Positions 1 through 8,369 of a DNA stretch of 64,000 nucleotides are shown piece after piece (the stretch's first letter is position 1; every line of letters begins with the position of its first letter). Source of the DNA: Halobacteriovoraceae bacterium (GTDB taxonomy: Bacteria; Bdellovibrionota; Bacteriovoracia; Bacteriovoracales; Bacteriovoracaceae); NCBI GenBank assembly GCA_963719505.1, contig CAVRCF010000002.1, positions 96,001 through 160,000 on the forward strand, read 5' to 3'. A program made the position numbers and the translations under genes. The notes under the pieces were generated by a model. That model worked only from the letters and a program-made list of their open reading frames with translations. It was not told where the DNA came from and searched no databases.

Positions 1-1854
1 ATAAGTCATAACGAGTCGCTTTTTCGCACGAGTGATACCAACATAGGCCAAACGTCTTTCCTCGTCGACATCTCCACCTTCCTTAATCACGTTTTTGTGA
101 GGCAAAAGCTCTTCTTCAAGACCAATAAAGAAAACATTATCAAATTCTAGACCTTTTGAAGCATGCAGGGTCATCAGTTGAACTTCATTTTTCATCAGCC
201 CATCTTCAGAGTTACTATTGTCATGGGCATCGGCTAAAAGGAGGCGTTCGAGGTACATTTGTAAAGTTGCTTCTTCTTTAAAGCGATCGACAAAACGATC
301 AGTACTCATTGAGAAGTTACGAACATCATCTTTTTTTCGGGCAGCAATTTTAGGGGAGTCATAACTTTTAGAGATAAAATCCATATAGTTGATTTGTTCT
401 ACTAAAGTTCCAAGGGCCTGAGTTAATGTCATGGTTTTAAAATAGTTTTGAAAGACGCGAATAAGTCCAACAAACTCGTGAAGCTTTTCACCCATTTTTG
501 TTTCTTCATGAGACCCTTCTTCAATAATATTAAAGAGAGTCGTTTTTTTCTGAGCAGCTGCATCCAGAAGCTTATTTAAAGTGACAGTTCCAATACCACG
601 ATGGGGAACATTTAAAATCCTTCGTAGAGCAATTTCGTCTTTTGTATTATAAATTACGGATAAGTAGGCGATGAGGTCTTTTATTTCTTTCTTCTCATAA
701 AACTTTTGTCCGCCAATAATATCGTAGGGGATTTGCGCCAGTCGTAGTTGATCCTCAAGCGGAGGGACTTGGGTATTACTTCGATAAAGAATAGCGACCT
801 CTCCTAAAAACTGTCCTTTTCCCGACATTCTCAAGATATCGTCTATAATGATTTGGGCTTCATGATCTGTATTCCCACAAGCCCATAATTCGGGCTTGGC
901 CCCCTCAGCACCATCAGTTCTCATGGTTTTATCTTTTCTATTCTTATTTTCTCTTATGACCACATTGGCAAGTTCAAGGATGCTCGAGGTCGACCTGTAA
1001 TTTGTTTCAAGTTTTATGACTTTAACGTTTTCATATTGGCGTTCAAAATTCAAAATGATGGTGATATCGGCCCCTCTAAAGGCATAGATAGATTGATCAT
1101 CGTCACCGACAACACAGATATTATTATGTGTGGAAGTAAGTCCACGAACCAGCTCAAACTGGAGACCATTTGTATCCTGGTACTCATCCACCATAATATA
1201 TTTGAAGCGCTTAGAATATTTTTCAGCAATCTCAGGTCGTTTTTGAAAAAGCTCAACCGTTAAGAAAAGAATATCGTCAAAATCAACGGCATTGTAAAAG
1301 CGAAGCTTATCTTGGTAATAATGATAAACGTATTCAGTAATTTCGTCATAAGGATTTTCAGGATCGTAGAATTCTGTGTCTTTGTATTCTTCTGCGGAGA
1401 TTGCATTGTTTTTGAGAAAACTGATTTTAGATTGAATTGTTTTTTTATCAAAAGTAACCTTATCCATTTTAAAGGTCTTTAAAGCTTCTCTAATAATGGA
1501 CATCTGATCTGCTTGATCGTAGATGGTAAAGTCTTTACTAAATCCAAGATGGTGAATATCTTCTCTTAAAATTCTCAGACCAAGGGAGTGAAAAGTAGAA
1601 AGAGTTAGACCTCTTTTCAGTTTTGGGCCAAGGAGTTTAGAGACTCTTTCGTGCATTTCAGTTGCCGCTTTATTCGTGAAACTGACGGCGAGAATTTCTT
1701 TTGGGTTAAGACGAAGGTTAGAAACCATATGAGCGATTCTGTAGGTCATCGTTCTGGTCTTGCCACTTCCAGCACCCGCAAGAATGAGCACGGGACCAGT
1801 GATAGTCTCAGCTGCTACGCGTTGTTCTGGATTGAGTCCACTTAAATCGATCAT
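1..1854 (-). CDS. ATP-dependent DNA helicase, UvrD/Rep/PcrA family (3' end runs off the window)
   Basis: Not in the ORF track; translated by hand from ATG at 1854: MIDLSGLNPEQ..GPVLILAGAGSGKT (Walker A), FTNKAA, and EERRLAYVGITRAK (motif VI) in the same frame at the window edge. Confidence 0.95.
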   Translation of the reverse strand, partial: MIDLSGLNPEQRVAAETITGPVLILAGAGSGKTRTMTYRIAHMVSNLRLNPKEILAVSFTNKAATEMHERVSKLLGPKLKRGLTLSTFHSLGLRILREDIHHLGFSKDFTIYDQADQMSIIREALKTFKMDKVTFDKKTIQSKISFLKNNAISAEEYKDTEFYDPENPYDEITEYVYHYYQDKLRFYNAVDFDDILFLTVELFQKRPEIAEKYSKRFKYIMVDEYQDTNGLQFELVRGLTSTHNNICVVGDDDQSIYAFRGADITIILNFERQYENVKVIKLETNYRSTSSILELANVVIRENKNRKDKTMRTDGAEGAKPELWACGNTDHEAQIIIDDILRMSGKGQFLGEVAILYRSNTQVPPLEDQLRLAQIPYDIIGGQKFYEKKEIKDLIAYLSVIYNTKDEIALRRILNVPHRGIGTVTLNKLLDAAAQKKTTLFNIIEEGSHEETKMGEKLHEFVGLIRVFQNYFKTMTLTQALGTLVEQINYMDFISKSYDSPKIAARKKDDVRNFSMSTDRFVDRFKEEATLQMYLERLLLADAHDNSNSEDGLMKNEVQLMTLHASKGLEFDNVFFIGLEEELLPHKNVIKEGGDVDEERRLAYVGITRAKKRLVMTY

Positions 1855-1892
1855 ATTAATGCACAGTAAAAGGAATGGGTTTCTTCGTCAAC

Positions 1893-2441
1893 TTATTGTT
1901 TCTTTATAGGTAAAGCTTTAAACCCAATGGGGGTAGGGTCCACTTTTAAAGGCTTTCGGCTCTCGTATCGCGTCTTATTCCAGCTTCTAATGATCTTGCC
2001 GGTTTGGGAGTCGATATAGGCTTCAAAGCTTGAAGGATTTCCATCATTGTGGACTAAGCTTACTAAAACGTGCTCAACATTTTTTGCCACACCATTTTTG
2101 ATAAAAACGGCAGACTCTTTGTGCTCAATTTCAATTTCCTTATCACTTATCCATACTCTTGATAGATTTGATACGGCCTTATCTTTCCACTTTTTATCAA
2201 TCTTATTGACCACATTAAAGGGAAGATCTTTTCTTCCAATAATTTTTCTCACGGGCTCTTTAATTAAAGGGATTTGAACATCCACTTTTTTTACTGAAGC
2301 AATCGCTCGACTTACGCCTTTAGAGAGTGATTTCTTTTGAGATAGAGGTGATTTTATTTTGGGTTCAAATTCCTGATTCGTGAGAATGAGAAGTGCCACT
2401 AAGCATGAACCGATAAGGAGGATGTGTTTTTTATGTTCCAT
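1893..2441 (-). CDS. Membrane-anchored or secreted protein with a C-terminal PepSY-like segment
   Basis: N-terminal hydrophobic segment; FEAYIDSQTGKIIR resembles the PepSY D-x-x-T-G motif; start overlaps the stop of the upstream peptidase (TAATG). Confidence 0.55.
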   Translation of the reverse strand: MEHKKHILLIGSCLVALLILTNQEFEPKIKSPLSQKKSLSKGVSRAIASVKKVDVQIPLIKEPVRKIIGRKDLPFNVVNKIDKKWKDKAVSNLSRVWISDKEIEIEHKESAVFIKNGVAKNVEHVLVSLVHNDGNPSSFEAYIDSQTGKIIRSWNKTRYESRKPLKVDPTPIGFKALPIKKQ

Positions 2442-5077
2442 TAGTCGATCACCGTGAAAGAGAAATTAATGACTTTAAACGGAGCCTCTCCAGCAAAATC
2501 AAAATTCATAAAATCTTCCCCTGTATTATTGGTGTTATAACAGTCTTGGCAGTTAGAGAAACGAACTCTAAAACGACAGTTAAAGACGGTTCCTGGTTGA
2601 ATCCACTTATTGACTTCCATTGCGACAAAAGAATTACTATTGAGTTGAGCGATACCATCTTCACGGTTCGCACTAATAGTTTCAGTCCATGTTTTTTGAG
2701 GATCTATTTTTCCGTAAGTGGCTTGATTGGCCCCTGGAAGGACTCTAATAAGACACTCATTTGGATTAAAATCAAGTCCTACTCCACCACCAGTTGGGTT
2801 CGAATTGAGGCACTCAGAATCACTTAATCCAATATTTGATCTGTGTTCATCTTGTGAAATCCATCTCGTCTCATTAGCGGCACTTGATTGAACCATACAA
2901 ATTGGTTGAGGTGCATCGAGATCATATCTTGGCGAAGGTGATGGACCTGTTAAAGAAGACTCTTCAAAAACTTTATTTGTTCTCGTTGGAAATTCACATC
3001 CCGACTGAACTTGGTTTGCATAATTACTTTGAGGGGTATAAACAACACCACCTTCCGTGTCTAGAGGCCATCCACCAATTTGACAAGGCTCCCATACCGC
3101 TATTTCAGTTGGGTTTGTGGATAAGTTTTCAGATCTATTGATATACCTTTTCGAGGTATCTTTTAATTGCATATGGTCCCAGTCATTACCAAGAATTTGC
3201 ACTCCAGCCATGGTGGAGTTGGAGTTATTAACAAGGTTTAGTGCAATGGCCACAACCTCGCCCGGACTAATTTGGACATTTCCATTATTATACCTTGGAT
3301 CAGCAAGTTCTTCCGAAAGCTGAACGGGTTTCCCTTCAAAAGTTAACTGGTTTAAAAAGTCTCTAATACCACTTTGAGAGTCAACAACGAAAGCCGTTGC
3401 ACGACTATCGGTGGGAAGACCAATGAGAGTCTTTGAAACTAAAACGGAGTTTGTTCTATTGGCCTCGTTAACAAAAGTTGCCGTGGTATTGGCATTGAAG
3501 GTGTCGAGACCTCCGATATTTGTCCCATCAACCATATTGTAAGTTGTCACAGGGGAGTTTGGAAAATTTTGATTAATCCCTCGTCCTGTATCGTTGTATG
3601 ATTTAAAAATGAGTAGACCATAGGAATCCAGTAGTGCTTCTGAGTCATCAATACTAAATTCAGGACAAAGATCTTCGGAGACATAATATTTAATATTTTT
3701 TGCCATCGTCTTAAAGAATCGTCGAAAGTTTATAGGATTAACCTGTTGAGACCAAAGAAAAGCTTCTTCAGCATTTAGGTTGGTAAAGTAGATAGGCGAG
3801 AGTCCACCACCCACAAAAAATGGATTAAGGTAGTCTGACCCTCTTGCCGTCATGTCTCCAAGTTCAGCGAATGTTTCTGATAAAAGAAGAATTCCTACAT
3901 GTCTGGCTTTTGTATGTCTTTCCGTTGTGCTTAAGCCACTCATCATACTACATCTGTCTTTTAACTCTTGAGTCAAAGTAACGAGGTAGTGAGAGACTAT
4001 TTGTCCGGCGTTGTGGATATCCTCTAATGCGTTTAGGGGATCATCGGCCATGTAGTGAATATATTCTGGGTATCTGAGCTTTGCTGGGATACGGCCTTGA
4101 TGTTGAACTTCTGCTTCACTCATGGGTCTTGCTTGCTCTTTTGCGGCCCATTCACCTATGACTTTTCTATTTGTAGTGAGATAGGAAAAGTAGTCAGCGA
4201 CACCTTCATTTATTGATCCCGCCTCGTCGTAGAAAAGTTCTCCAAGGTCACTTTCAAAAGGAGTTTTCTCTAAAGAGAAACCATTGGTGTATTGATTTCT
4301 AAGATTCATCATGATGCGAACAAAAGCGTGTCCCATTTCGTGATAAATAATTGAGGGGTCTTGAACGAATCGAAGATTGGGATGAGTTTGAGCATTCCAA
4401 CCTAGGCAGACTTCATTTTTTGATGGATCATAAAAAGCATTTAGCTGTTCTAAATAGCATCTTGAATAAACTTGAAGAGTGCTGTTGGGATCATTTTCTG
4501 AATATGTCCAAAAGTTTAAATTTTGACCAAGTCTAAAGGGACTTGCTGGAGGGATATTCACTCCAAATCTATTGTGAACAAAATCTCTAGAAAAAGCGAG
4601 AGACTTCATAAATTCAGTTTGTATTTTAGAGACGTGATAAAAAGCGTTCACTTGATAGAACTGATCCGAGTCTGTTGGATATGTCCAGCTTGTTCCATTT
4701 TTTTGGATGAGGCTTGAGTTTGCAACCCCTCTATCATTTTTAACTTCTATACAGTTATTAAGTGTTGTAAATGTTGTTCCATTTTCTACAAAACCACATT
4801 TTTTTGTTAGATAGAAATTATCTGTTATGAATGCTGGTGTTAAAACATCACTCCACTTCGGAGTCGTAAGATTTGTATTGTTATTTAAAATAATAGGGTT
4901 GGCTGTATAGATATTTGCACCATTTACAACTCCTGAACTTGAAGAATCGGAACGCACACTTGTAGATTTAGCTTGAGTTGGATTCTCACACGAAGAAAAA
5001 AGAGTAGGGAGAACGAGTATGCAAACAAGTGCATATAGTTTTCCCCTTAATGTTTTTGTCCAATCCCGTAGACTCAT
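2441..5077 (-). CDS. Lipoprotein Zn-metallopeptidase, thermolysin clan (M4/M36-like), with a long Cys-containing C-terminal extension
   Basis: Lipobox-like LFSSC; NAFY; IIYHEMGH (HEXXH); GSINEGVADYF (third ligand Glu); DIHNAGQI. Confidence 0.75.
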   Translation of the reverse strand: MSLRDWTKTLRGKLYALVCILVLPTLFSSCENPTQAKSTSVRSDSSSSGVVNGANIYTANPIILNNNTNLTTPKWSDVLTPAFITDNFYLTKKCGFVENGTTFTTLNNCIEVKNDRGVANSSLIQKNGTSWTYPTDSDQFYQVNAFYHVSKIQTEFMKSLAFSRDFVHNRFGVNIPPASPFRLGQNLNFWTYSENDPNSTLQVYSRCYLEQLNAFYDPSKNEVCLGWNAQTHPNLRFVQDPSIIYHEMGHAFVRIMMNLRNQYTNGFSLEKTPFESDLGELFYDEAGSINEGVADYFSYLTTNRKVIGEWAAKEQARPMSEAEVQHQGRIPAKLRYPEYIHYMADDPLNALEDIHNAGQIVSHYLVTLTQELKDRCSMMSGLSTTERHTKARHVGILLLSETFAELGDMTARGSDYLNPFFVGGGLSPIYFTNLNAEEAFLWSQQVNPINFRRFFKTMAKNIKYYVSEDLCPEFSIDDSEALLDSYGLLIFKSYNDTGRGINQNFPNSPVTTYNMVDGTNIGGLDTFNANTTATFVNEANRTNSVLVSKTLIGLPTDSRATAFVVDSQSGIRDFLNQLTFEGKPVQLSEELADPRYNNGNVQISPGEVVAIALNLVNNSNSTMAGVQILGNDWDHMQLKDTSKRYINRSENLSTNPTEIAVWEPCQIGGWPLDTEGGVVYTPQSNYANQVQSGCEFPTRTNKVFEESSLTGPSPSPRYDLDAPQPICMVQSSAANETRWISQDEHRSNIGLSDSECLNSNPTGGGVGLDFNPNECLIRVLPGANQATYGKIDPQKTWTETISANREDGIAQLNSNSFVAMEVNKWIQPGTVFNCRFRVRFSNCQDCYNTNNTGEDFMNFDFAGEAPFKVINFSFTVID

Positions 5078-5106
5078 TTTAATCCTTTAATCTTACGTAC
5101 AACTTA

Positions 5107-8100
5107 TTACATACCAAAAGCGAACGGGTTATTACCAGCAAGTGCTCGTCCACCCTGTTCACCTAATTGCATTAAACTTTTTCCAACTCCGTTATCCATT
5201 GTTGCATTACATGCGGCTATAGAGACGCCACCCATGTCGGAAAGCATGCTTTGTTCTAGCTCAACTTTTTGTTGTGCTTTAATCATATCAACAGCAATTA
5301 AAGATTCATCGTCGTCTGAGATATCTCTTTTACACTCATTCGAAGTATTACTAACTTTATAGAAATCTTTTGTTAATTGCTCATCACCTAAGACTTTTGT
5401 ATAGTATGCACTGATGTGTGGAATCGCATCTTCATCACTCTTAATGGGATTATATCTTCCTAAGTCATTACAGGCTTCACCTGAATTTAGTTTGGGCGAT
5501 ATATCATCATTTATTCCAGTACAGAACCCATCTTTTTTCAAATTATTCTTAGCAAACTGAGTGAACTCAGGTGAGTCTTTTTTTATGTCTACTGGTTTGC
5601 CCTTTATACAAATTTGACTTAAATTGTCTTTGTGAATAGCAACTAGGCGTGTACAAGCTGGAAAATCTCCATTTGCTTTACAAAATTTGTCAATAGATGT
5701 TCCTTTGACTGTTTTAGTACTGTTTGATCCCGTAGAGTCATGAGTATTTCCGCTTTGTGATCCATAGGCATCACAAACTCTTTCAAAAGCTCCAATGTTT
5801 TTTACTGCAACTTGATCGACAGAGGATGTTATATCTGCAACTTCATCTGCAAGCTCGCTTGTTTTCCCACAAAAACCAGCTGGATGCTCGTTAAAATCAT
5901 CGATTTTTCTACAAGCTGTAACGAGTTTCTTATTATACTCATCAGTCGCTTCATTCTCTTTTGCAATCGCATCAGAAGTTTCTTTATTATATCTATTGAT
6001 AAGAGCTAAACAGTCATTAGCTGACTTGTTCCATAACTTTTTCTCATTAGCCATGTTCTCTTTGTATTTTTTTACTTCACCTAAGACACCATTGAACTTA
6101 GCTCCACTGCTTGGATCTCCGTTCATAAGTTCTCTGTGGTTATCTTCAACTTGTTTTTTTAAATTCTTAATATCGTCTTTTACAAGCTTGAGGTAAACAT
6201 CTGGATCTTCTAATTGTAGTGCAGGGTCGTAGCCTTCGCCTTTCATGAACTTATTAGTTAACATATCTAGTTTAAGATCAACTGGAGCTTTAAAGACAGT
6301 ACCCACTTGATACATTCCATCAAGTTGTCTCGCACTTGCTTCCATTGCTGCATTTGCAACAACAAATTGTTGTGCCATTTTCTTCTTTAGACCTTCCATA
6401 TTTTGCTTGTATCTATCTCCAAGCTTCTTTTGTTCCAATCTTGTTTTATCAACAATCTTGTTGGCTTTGTCCTGACAAGCCAGCATATTATTTGAACAAA
6501 GGTTTGCTGTTCTCACACAAAAGTTTTTACCATTAGTGTTGAGAGCCCCCTGACAGCTGTTTTCTGCGCTACCAGTAGAAGTATCAGATGGACATGTCTC
6601 CATTTGAGTGATGATATCGTTTTTCATTTTTGTAATGAACTTTGCCTGAAGTTGAGCACGATTTGATTTATATTTTTTAAGGCTTTGGATCATCGTTTTA
6701 TATGACTTTCCGTTTGTTACTCTTTGCTTATCAAATCTTTCAACACAATTATCAGCGAAAATCTCAATCATATCACTGGCACGAAGTCTTGTAGATGCTC
6801 CGATTCTTTTTCCTTTGATATTCATCGATTTACCAGTTTTAAAAGTATAACGGTTTGATTCACCATCAGCTTTTTTGATTCTTGCAAGTTTTTCTTCGAT
6901 TGTGTAATCAGAATCATTAAGAATTGCTGAAACAGAGTTTTTAAAATAACTATCACCTTCTTTATTTAATTTCTTAGATACAGTAGGGTCTTCAAGATTA
7001 TTTGCAAAACCGTCAGCACTTCCAAAGTTACTCTTTACATAGTTTGTAAGACATTCGTTTTTCTTACTTCTTTCGAAGTCAAAAAGTGCACTGTCGAGGT
7101 CTATGTCTGCGCTATCGATCGAAGGTATTAATTTTGCCAATTGTTCTTCTTGTCCAACAACGGCAAGAAGATCTTTTTGTAAACTTTTAGCTTCTTGATC
7201 TGCAGCAGACTGTGTGTCAGCTAGAATTGCTTTCAATGAAGCGTTGTCCGGTGAGATTTGAGAAGTACGGAGATTTAAGTTCTCTGGCGATACATTGAGA
7301 GAGTCACTGTCTTGTGCATACTTAGCAGCTCGACTTGCAATTTTTCTAATATCTTTTTTTATGTCCGCAGTTTTAGCGATAAGGTCAGATGGACCCATGC
7401 CTTGTTTAGGACTGACTTCGCCGTCGAGAAGTGTCTGAATGGCAAGAAAGCCTTTTTTCTCGCCTGTTGTCTTAAAAGTATCTTTTCTAAAAATAGAGGC
7501 ACATTGTTTATCTTTGAATTGATCTTCAAACTTAAAGTCTCTTAGATAAGCAGCAGGCTTTCCAGTTAAAAGTGCTTGACCTTTTTTTATATCTTCAAGA
7601 TCTTTTTCAGCGAGCTTTTTAAATGCCTTAACTTGAGATTCAATATCTTGTTCAAGTTTATTTAAGGCTTCCATTCTTGCTTTCAACTGTGCATTAAATT
7701 GCGTTACTGATTTATCAAAACAACCAACACCTTGAGTTGTAAATCTCTGGTTACCTGGAGTTAAAAAGTTTTCTAATTCATTTGAGTTATTTTCAGCAAC
7801 TTCTTGAAGAGCTGTATAGTATCCCATTTGTGCTTTTTGTGGATCGTATTTATTCGGATCACACATATCAGCAGATGTATTTGATCTTGCTTTAATGACG
7901 ATACATCCATTTTGAGTAAACAGAGGAGGTACCTGATTTGGATCTACTTGTTGAATACCAAACTGTGAAGAAAGCTGTTGTCTTTGCATCTGAGACATTT
8001 GTTGCATTTGCATCTGTTGCATTTGCTGTGTATATGCACCACCGACAGTGCCAACAGCATCCATAACGGTACCGAGAACGTTACCTTTTGCGAATCCTGA

Positions 8101-8175
8101 GGTAGGGAGAATGAATTGCAGATTTATGGCCAAGGCAATAAATCTTTTGAGTTTCATTTTCGATGTCTTTTGCAT
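5107..8175 (-). CDS. Large secreted helical/coiled-coil hypothetical protein with scattered Cys
   Basis: 1022-aa ORF; signal peptide; Q/M-rich tract; heptad-like K/E/Q segments. Confidence 0.8.
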   Translation of the reverse strand: MQKTSKMKLKRFIALAINLQFILPTSGFAKGNVLGTVMDAVGTVGGAYTQQMQQMQMQQMSQMQRQQLSSQFGIQQVDPNQVPPLFTQNGCIVIKARSNTSADMCDPNKYDPQKAQMGYYTALQEVAENNSNELENFLTPGNQRFTTQGVGCFDKSVTQFNAQLKARMEALNKLEQDIESQVKAFKKLAEKDLEDIKKGQALLTGKPAAYLRDFKFEDQFKDKQCASIFRKDTFKTTGEKKGFLAIQTLLDGEVSPKQGMGPSDLIAKTADIKKDIRKIASRAAKYAQDSDSLNVSPENLNLRTSQISPDNASLKAILADTQSAADQEAKSLQKDLLAVVGQEEQLAKLIPSIDSADIDLDSALFDFERSKKNECLTNYVKSNFGSADGFANNLEDPTVSKKLNKEGDSYFKNSVSAILNDSDYTIEEKLARIKKADGESNRYTFKTGKSMNIKGKRIGASTRLRASDMIEIFADNCVERFDKQRVTNGKSYKTMIQSLKKYKSNRAQLQAKFITKMKNDIITQMETCPSDTSTGSAENSCQGALNTNGKNFCVRTANLCSNNMLACQDKANKIVDKTRLEQKKLGDRYKQNMEGLKKKMAQQFVVANAAMEASARQLDGMYQVGTVFKAPVDLKLDMLTNKFMKGEGYDPALQLEDPDVYLKLVKDDIKNLKKQVEDNHRELMNGDPSSGAKFNGVLGEVKKYKENMANEKKLWNKSANDCLALINRYNKETSDAIAKENEATDEYNKKLVTACRKIDDFNEHPAGFCGKTSELADEVADITSSVDQVAVKNIGAFERVCDAYGSQSGNTHDSTGSNSTKTVKGTSIDKFCKANGDFPACTRLVAIHKDNLSQICIKGKPVDIKKDSPEFTQFAKNNLKKDGFCTGINDDISPKLNSGEACNDLGRYNPIKSDEDAIPHISAYYTKVLGDEQLTKDFYKVSNTSNECKRDISDDDESLIAVDMIKAQQKVELEQSMLSDMGGVSIAACNATMDNGVGKSLMQLGEQGGRALAGNNPFAFGM

Positions 8176-8207
8176 GTTTAATCCTTGTTAAGCATATCTT
8201 CATCTTC

Positions 8208-8234
8208 ATATCGGTATAAACGTTCGAATATTTA
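8208..8234 (-). promoter_or_regulatory. Putative sigma28 (FliA) promoter
   Basis: TAAA-N15-ACCGATAT on the minus strand, about 30 nt upstream of the 8175 start. Confidence 0.65.
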
Positions 8235-8369
8235 ATGTTTGAATGCATTTCCTTAATTTCATTATAAAACCCGACTGAATTGCTCGCAATTAAACATCTC
8301 TAAATCGTTAAATTTCTTGGCAAATCGTACTGGAGAAGTAAACTAAATATAGGGAATTATAAGACTTTT

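Noticed and set aside
1036-1845. Short tracked ORFs in the first 1.9 kb
   Set aside because: They are shadows of the minus-strand helicase, which the track missed because it has no stop inside the window
7975-8030. CAx/ATG-rich repeat as a VNTR or CRISPR
   Set aside because: It is a coding Q/M low-complexity tract with mixed codons and no spacers
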